A stretch of DNA of 55,518 nucleotides, filler included, from Circinaria calcarea (Eukaryota), in assembly GCA_051942165.1 (NCBI GenBank). It is 5 parts of 5 records of this genome, joined end to end, with 100 filler letters (N's around TTAATTAATTAA, not from the genome) between each part and the next. Parts side by side here need not be neighbours in the genome. Positions count along the whole stretch, not along the records: positions 44,511 to 55,518 come from JAVECS010000728.1; 4 more parts are not named here. One strand, written 5' to 3'. Within the stretch, counting starts at the first letter, position 1. Each line of letters starts with the position of its first letter. The notes beneath the pieces are model-generated. The model was not told the origin of the DNA, did not search any database, and was given only the letters and a program-made list of their open reading frames with translations. Below, piece by piece: positions 47,954-55,518 of the stretch. The translations under genes were made by a program, and so were the position numbers.

Positions 47954-50900
47954 ATGAACGTTTCCACCTCCTTTTTACCCTCCCAGGCCTCGGCCGACCC
48001 CCGTTCCACCCCATGGGTACACCCCCGGCATCTCGAAGACTTCCAAGAAACTCTAAAAAGCATTCCGGCACCCCATCTACTCCCTCCGGAGTCCGGCGAA
48101 CAACACCACGCCAAGGACGAAGCGGAACAAGGTCTTCGAGACTTCAATTTAGCCAGGGTATGTCCTAGTCTCCGGCGGCGGACAGCCAAACGTCTTCTTC
48201 GTAATGCGGTGTCGTGGTCATTGAAAAACCCACGAAAGACTGGAGGAAGTTAGCAGAGGCAGACAGAAAGAGGAGACACTACTGTCCGTCAAACCGGTTG
48301 TAAGTATTCAATCACAGTTCGTAAATGGGTGGGGCGGAGCACTTGGACCCTGAAAGTCACCCACGATAAACATAACCCACCCACCCTGCCCAGACCCGTT
48401 CCTAGATCCTATGTACAAGCACAGGAGACCTGGTTTTGCCGAAGAAAAGGCTATGGCGACCACTCACCGGGCGGCGGGGGTGTCGTATGCGAAGTCTTCC
48501 GCCATACTGAGGGAGAGCGGACTCGGTATGGACATTCTATAACCTCATTAGCAAGCCGAATAAGAAAGGACAGACGAAAATGGAGCAAGCAAAGGAGTTA
48601 CAAGCTCGATTGGAAGCCTCAGGCCTCATGTCATGCCGCTGATCAAGACCATATGGAGTGACGACGGCAGCAGAGAACTCGGTCGAGTTATGGAACAAAT
48701 CTTTTTTATTTCATCCATTCAAATAACCCTTAGCCAGACGATTTGTTTGTAGGTTTATGATACAAACGGATGCCACATTCAATACTAACCGCCTCCGCTT
48801 GCTTCTTTCCACATGCGTCGGTATTAGCAATACTGGCATGACCTTTCCGGTTGCTTTTTGCTACATATCCTCGGAATCGTCGGAGGCATTCACCCACATC
48901 TTCCATTGTATGGATGTCCTAGTATGGCACGATAAGGTCGTCCCGGGGTCACGTGTGGTGGTATCCGATCAAGCCAAGGGCTTAATCGCCAGCTTGGCGA
49001 AGCGTAAAACTGCCAGACGGTTAGCGGAAGTCAATGCAACGAAAGCGGGATTAGGAAAGGAACAAGTAGCAGCGGTAGGCGATGCTGCTGCCGCGCAATT
49101 GGACGATCTGGAAGCAGTCATAGCGGTTACGGAATTAGAGGAAAAGGAGGGGGTTCATCCGCGGAATAAACCCGAAGGGGAGGAGGCGGAGGAGGCGGAG
49201 GACGACGAGGACATCGAGGACATCGAGGACATCGATGCTGGATGGTTAGAAGACGATATTATCCTGCAATTCTGTCAGTGGCATATTGCGGAAGGTATAA
49301 TAGCTCACTTTACCAAATCTACTTACAGACAGGAGGCACGGATCGAAATCAAAAGCCTTATATGGCGTTGGATTCAATCCCCTACCCAGAAAGAGCTTCG
49401 ACAGAACTGAGGATTCTCCTCGACGGTCTCAGACCGACAGAACAGCGGTATCTTTTAGCGAATTATACCCTAAAAGAACGTCAGTTTGTCACTGCATACT
49501 TGAAGACTTACCCTAATCTTGGGTGCTTTAGCACGCAAAGAAACGAGTCAATGCATGCCTCCTTAGATGTTGCAGGCAATCTTCATGACGGCCAGGAACT
49601 AGTGGATGCGTGTATAAAGTTAGCAAAGACTTGCGACGTTTTAGAAAAGAGATTACTTACAATAGAGAATAAGTCTCGAATTGGAGCTTCCAGGGAGCTC
49701 GACCGCGAAGCCTTCGCGGCTATGCACCTCTGGGTGATCCAGTATGCCCTGACAATCATGTGAAAGGAATGGGAACAGGCGAAGAAGTGGGTAGAGGAAG
49801 GGGGTATAGGGCCGGAAGAGCCAGGCTGCAATAGAAATTGCAGCCTGCCAATCCAATTCGCACTTCCTTGTCGGCATTGGATGTTCAAATGCTGTGTAGA
49901 AGGGACTCCTTTACCCTTATCTCTTGTCCACCCTCGCTGGCTGCTCGACAGGCCCCCTACGGATGAAGGGTGGGTAATGTCTTGGAGGCCAGAGGCTCCA
50001 GACATTGCCCGAGAAACACGTCAGCGAGAGGAAGCATTCGACGAAGGAAGAGGAGACATCTTCCGAGACCAGGGCAGGAATTTGGTCACCAGACAGGCAT
50101 TGAAGATAATAGAGGAGCAGGAAGAACTCACCGGGCCAGAAAGGGAACGCTTTGCTGCAGACATAAGCAGGACAACTGATAGAGTAGTCAGCTATTATCA
50201 GTAGAAAGAAAAGAAGAAGGAAAACTTACCTGTAGGGCTTCTAGAAGTGCTCCCAAATAGGAAAGATCAGCTCGTTCAGAGCAGGATGAAACGAGCTTTG
50301 ACTGGGCGGGAAATGACGGACAAAAGAGAGCAAGACAGGCTTGCTCAATTGACAGCGAAAGAGCAAAAGGAGGTACAGGAAGTTCGGGTGGCGGCACTCG
50401 AGGAAGAGCAGCGAGCAAAAGAGCAAGAAGCTGCTGATATCAACGCAAGAAGGGTGGAAGAAGACGAGGACAGCGTCAACATCCGCCACACCTAGGGCAG
50501 AGAGCAGTTCTTTTTCTCGAGTCTCAGTATGCTTCCGATCAGGTCAAGTCAGATACGACGACCCAGCCCAAGCATTTCTCTTTCGCCATTTCGGACTCTT
50601 CCCCCCGAAACTATCGAATCCATCAACCTTATTACCCCGGCCTTGACTTCCTTTGTCCCAGTCGAGGATTATCCAAGTTATCCTTCCTCTTCTTCCTCCT
50701 CTTCTTCCTCCTCTTCTTCCTCCTCTTCTTCCTCCATCGAGGAGCTCGATCCACCACATCTTCCACCTGCTAGGAGTAGCGGTAGGGTGGCGAAGCCATC
50801 CAGAAAGGAAAACTCGCAGCCGTGGCGGCAAATGCTGGCGGGGAGAAGAGACAGGTCGCGGCGGCGGCGAAGGATGTCAGGAAGAAGGAGCGTGCTTCCG

Positions 50901-51073
50901 GTAAGCATCAGAGGGAAGAAATAAAGAGGTCGAGACACGAGGCGAAGGAGGAGAAAACCAGGCGGAAGCGGCGAGCAGAAAAACACGCCCGCGAGTCGCA
51001 ATTAGATGTTGACGCGTTGATGGAAGAAATATTCGATTCAGACGATGAATTTCTACTGTGGAAGACTTATTAG
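47954..51073 (+). mobile_element. Mutator/MULE transposase pseudogene
   Basis: QTDATFNTNRLRLLL..GISNTGMTFPVAFC..SES, VVVSDQAKGL, LQFCQWH, NLGCFSTQRNESMH, SWIM-like C..C..PIQFALPCRHW..VHPRWLL. In-frame stops (e.g. 49408-49410, 49761-49763) and frameshifts. Confidence 0.88.
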
Positions 51074-51241
51074 CAGGAGAATCGCAAAGGGGACAGGGGT
51101 TATCATAGAGCATAGATTGCGCCATAAGTAGAATTAAGTCAATTCTATATGATATATGCATAATTCTAATTATTAATAATTTCACTACCGGGTAAACTAC
51201 TCTTAAAAAACCAGACGACTTCCCCCCAAGTGCCTTGGCCT

Positions 51242-52248
51242 GTTTTCGCAGAAGCCTCTCGGCGCAAGGGGGCTTCTAAAACTCAACGGTATAGAATTTT
51301 GAATACCGGGCTACTGCAAGCCACCAAATTCTAAATAACGCCACCAATATTCCAATAGTAAGACGCGTTCTTTCCTCATTGACCTCGCCGCTGTCCAATT
51401 GCCTTTACTATCGCCGTCGAAACCCTCCGCGCCAAACGTTTCATACATATTCTAGAATGTCTACTATACTTGATCCTATTCCAAAGGATATCGGGGCTAT
51501 ACGCCGCCGCCTCTTCCAGCTCGAAGATGGCGCGATTACACTGTCAATTACGGACTGAAACACCTACTTCCCGTGGGTCGACAATTTCTGGATACGAAAT
51601 AAGCCTCCGCCGAAGCAGGCCAGTGCTGACGGCACTCGGACGGCCTACTACTGATGTCGTTTCCACTCCACGAAGGACCATGTGCCTGCGCGGAGTGGAA
51701 CTAGCCAGCGGAACCGCAGCAGTCGCGATGCAATGGGCTGCGGCATGAAGCTTAAGGCTGTCTTCCATGACGAGGACTATGTTGAAGTCCTCCGCCATGG
51801 TGAGTGCCTAGAGCACGTGCATACGGTGGCGGAACAGAAGAAAGAGGAAGAGGAAGGGAGGACTAGGTGGAATACGGAGGTAGGGTGGAAGACTACAATA
51901 ATTGAGAGGAAATAAAAGGTTAGGGGGGGAGGAGAGCAGAGGAAAAAGAATAGAAATAGTAACGGGCTATTATATATAACTTAGTATAGCTTCAATGTAA
52001 ATCTTCAAATCCTATACAATCTCTACTATAAATGTGATACACATAAAATTCTGCCTCAATTTTTCTAATTAATTTTTTCTAAGGACGTGATTTTCCTAAT
52101 TATATACTAGGCTGTTGGTGGCTTGCAGTAGGCTGGCATTAAAAATTCCATATCGCTGAGTTTAGAAACCCCCGCAAAAGCGTTCGGCCCCTGCGTAAAC
52201 CTTTACCCAAAGGTACCCTGTAAGAGTGCCAGCCAAATAGTAAGTGCC
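51242..52248. mobile_element. ~1-kb non-autonomous TIR element
   Basis: 51268-51327 GGGGGCTTCTAAAACTCAACGGTATAGAATTTTGAATACCGGGCTACTGCAAGCCACCAA pairs with the reverse complement of 52115-52173. Weaker pairing extends outward. 52216-52248 resembles the subterminal sequence of the 38491 MITE. Confidence 0.65.
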
Positions 52249-52313
52249 TGCTGCCTTTCAGATAGTATAAACTTCACCTGGCAGGGTATACCAGAGATAA
52301 ACTTCTACTGTCA

Positions 52314-52640
52314 ATGTATACTAGAGAGGTTTCGCAACGGAATTCCTTAGCATGCACGGGGGTATATACGACTACCCTCGGGTTTCCGTGCAAGCATCTG
52401 CTTCAGCATTACCGCTTTCAGCATGAGGTTTTAAGCACGGCAGATTTCCACCCCCATTGGCATCTTTACGAGACGAACCGAACGTTATTAAACCCCCTAT
52501 TAACCCCCTATTGCGTGTGGAGCCTCCGCGGTTGAAGCTTAGACGTCAGCACCCGGCAAGAAAACGCACAGCGCTGAAGAATTCGACCCAGAGAGGTCTG
52601 TCCAGTTTCGAGCGCGTGGAGGCTGAATTCGATCTAGGAA
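52314..52640 (+). mobile_element. C-terminal remnant of a second MULE transposase
   Basis: CTGVYTTTLGFPCKHLL..LSTADFHPHWHL (SWIM-type), then frameshifted ..NSTQRGLSSFERVE. Confidence 0.7.
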
Positions 52641-53793
52641 TTATACTAAATCCTTTTTCCGCTAATGTTCCTACTACCCTTGTCAACTTCTTTCAGGGTC
52701 CAAGGTGTAGGGCATTGGCAGCGCAGAAATGGGCGGGAAACCCGCAAGCCGAACGAGGCAGCAATGGTCGCGAAAGACCTCGAAATTGTAGTCCTAAGGG
52801 CTTTGGTAGTTATTGTCCCTCCGCCGACATCAGAACCAGCTGAAGGACGTGATGTATCAAACTTCCAAAGGCCTCTGGATGTTCCGCCGGAGTTCGACCT
52901 AATTTCGGAGCTTGATGCCGCCGTCATCGAGAACATAGAGGAAAACCGCAGGTTTGTGGCATTAGTGGAAAGCCAGCGAGGAAGTCCGCCAACCACAGGC
53001 TGCCAGATTGAAGGTGGTGAGGGCGGGTTTGGTGGAGCTGGAAAGGTACGGAGCGACGGCGAAAGAATTGGATCCTATAAGAATCTAGCAAAATCCTGGA
53101 ACAGCGGAAATCATGGCATTGAAGCTTAGGTATAGAATAGAAGAGCATCAAACCGATGCATTCTATGACCTTCTTCAAACCGAAGCCTTCTATTGACAGA
53201 GGGCACGGCAGAAAGCTTCTATGAACCTAGATGACGGGTTCGAGGACCCTATCATCCTGAAGACATGACAAGTGAAGCTGACGGTAATGTACTTGTCAAT
53301 TATCTTTCTTCATACAAAGGCCAGACTCTTCCGGCTGGCATAGAACACACCCATCACGGTACCTATGAGACCCTTGATATGCAATCAAAATATTGCAATG
53401 CGGCAAGGGACTCCCATGGTGCATTCTAACCGGCGGAGCCTGCCCTCACCAGAGGTGGTGCAGCATTTGTGCCGATGAGAGTCTCGCGTTCACTTTCCCT
53501 TCAAGTCCCTAGAACATATTTACCGAGTTGTCATCGCTTCGACTTTCGCATCTCATGTCAAGTTCTACCGTGAATGAAGGTCTCGGTTCGGAAGCTCTCA
53601 CCAAAGAACAAGAGTGAGATTGATAATCTCCGGGAGGCAGCTAAGGCCGAAGCCCTGTTCCCTAAAGTTTACTATACAACACCACACAATTTCTCAATTC
53701 TCTTCTCTTCTCATCCTTCATTCTTCTACTCTCCTAGCTAGTGATCCTTGCCGAGAGCCAAAAGCCCACGTTTCAACGTCTGCCCTTGGTTGT

Positions 53794-54763
53794 ATGCTCG
53801 CGCCAGAAATGAAGCATGCGACCAGCTTAAACAATGCCTACGAATATTCTGAAGGGAGCACTGTGGCAAATACGCAGTCAGATCCTGCACATACGGCAAG
53901 TAACCTATCGATCCATGCGACACACGATTCTGATCGGATGATAACCCCGACCGCATCTTCAAAATCCGTAGTTGATACCCAAGAACAATTCAATACGGCT
54001 GAAGCTAGATCCAAGGTGCACATGCCGGCACTGGACCAGGACAATATAAAGCCCCTGTCGAGTGGAAATGGTTTAGTTGATAATGAATTCGCTAGCTCTC
54101 GGCTAGACAAAATCAAGGTTGATGGGGAGGTAAATGGATCTGCGACACAGCTGCGTACCCAGAAGAGCACCGTGGAGACCATCGATGAACTCTCGTTGCC
54201 TGTATCGACAATTATTGATCTTCCACCAAGATGAGAGGCCCGAGGCGGTGCTTAAAGCAAGGAAGAAAAATAAGCGAAGTAAGACTACTGGAGATATTCG
54301 GGACATCAAGCCGTCCCTAGTTAATGATGGACCACCGACAGTTGCAGCTTCAAAGGATACAAACCAACCCAACCTTTCTGAAGTGTACGAAGCGGCAAAG
54401 AAGGCTCAAAGTCTTGTCGTAGAAGTCAAATCTGTAAAGAGAAGGCTTCAGGTGACCGAAGACACCATAGCTAGAAACAAGGCCGACTATTTTTCAAAGC
54501 CTATAGACCACGCCTCGCCCGCAAACGTCCTCTCCGACGCCAAAGACACCGCCAACAACATCCAGCTCCTTCCTCGGATATCGTCGCCTGAAGCCACTCC
54601 GGTATCTATCCAAGCCCTTCTGGCACCATTCCAGACACAACGGAAACACGGAGAAAAAGGGCCTAACTTGCATAATCCATCGAATAGCGGCAAAATAGGC
54701 TATCGAGTTGGTCTGAGCAAGAAACAAAGAATCGAGCCGCTGCTACGGGGTGTGAGGAAATAG
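53794..54763 (+). CDS. Possible hypothetical low-complexity protein (two overlapping ORFs; frameshift or unresolved intron)
   Basis: Two ~200-aa same-strand ORFs (53614-54234, 54134-54763) with protein-like disordered composition. No recognisable domain. Confidence 0.35.
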
Positions 54764-55518
54764 GGTGGGGTTTGCGTGCTTGGTTGTGTGTGGGGTTAGG
54801 CGGGAAAGTGGTATGCAATATTTCTTGGGAGTTTTCCCCACTCGGAAGCTTGCTTGTAGGCTATGTTGATGCTGGGTCGTGGAATTTTAATGGAAATGGC
54901 AATGGGGATGGGCTTCTAGATGGCGCTTACCGGGGGTTTGCAATCTGGTGGAATGAACGAAAGGATATACCCCATTTGCATTTTCCGTTGCTTTGTTACC
55001 TATTTAGCTATCTTGGCTATTTGCTATGAAGGCGAGGGTCGATAGATACGCTTTTTGCTAGTGTCTAGTGGTAGCTTGAGATCTCAGTCCCATGTATTCT
55101 CGCTTCCCTTAAACTCCCTCCCCCATTCTCTCTCTTCTTCTCTCTCTCTTCCTCTCTCTCTCTCTCGTTTCTACCTTTCCTCCCAAAAGGACCAAAGGTC
55201 TTGTCCACTTTTGCTTCTTGAAGCCCGTCTGCAACCCACTCCCCCTCCCCTTCTTGGTATAGCTCCCCTCTTGGTATAAAATAACATCGTACCGTACCCG
55301 TACCCGTAAAGCTTAAAAGGAAGGTATTCACCACCTTACCTACCTACTAGTACCTACCTACAGTACCTACCTACCTACCCTCGAGGGATCCGGACACAAA
55401 TGACTCTCCGGCCACCTTAGACCATGTATAGATATTCTTACCCTACCCCTATCCTATCCCTGGTTTCTAGTCTCCGGTTTCTAATCTCTAATCTCTGATC
55501 TCTAATCTCTATACTTCC

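Noticed and set aside
50684..50735. (TCC/TCT)n tract giving poly-Ser, poly-Glu and GGRR ORFs
   Set aside because: Simple microsatellite in the decayed MULE tail. The antisense ORFs are by-products.
55330..55518. CCTA and CTAATCT repeats at the window end as telomere
   Set aside because: Irregular and not a (TTAGGG/CCCTAA)n array. Low-complexity sequence near a contig end.

Overview
Filamentous-ascomycete (Pezizomycotina) genomic DNA with spliceosomal introns. The window is not one locus. It is five ~11-kb contigs (1-11041, 11142-22168, 22269-33291, 33392-44410, 44511-55518) in descending length order, joined by an artificial 100-nt N44-TTAATTAATTAA-N44 linker. Contigs 1-3 are mostly housekeeping genes: MAD2, partial GUF1, a DUF3074 protein, ERG24, MRL1, a CDC1-like phosphoesterase, a ZRC1/COT1 Zn transporter, a DUF202 protein, a GH3 beta-glucosidase, and an ankyrin + CorA-like protein. 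Contig 5 is mostly transposon debris (MULE remnants, TIR elements, a TIR-flanked Cys6 gene). The interesting part is an accessory island on contig 4 (~33.6-41.4 kb, next to RRP42 and TRP2). It holds (i) a decayed NACHT NLR whose N-terminus (RKAMNNQAINSIQINAP) matches a two-copy C-terminal motif (TASDNNAKSGIQTNAA / TASRNTATNSMQTNAP) of the divergent helical-bundle gene, plus a second paralogue with a variant two-copy motif, i.e. an NWD2/HET-S-style amyloid signalling cluster with a motif I do not recognise as a named class; and (ii) a head-to-head pair of a CAE/PCxxC Zn-deaminase-like gene and a small possibly SUKH-like protein, suggestive of a toxin-immunity module. All gene models were spliced by eye and no database searches were run.
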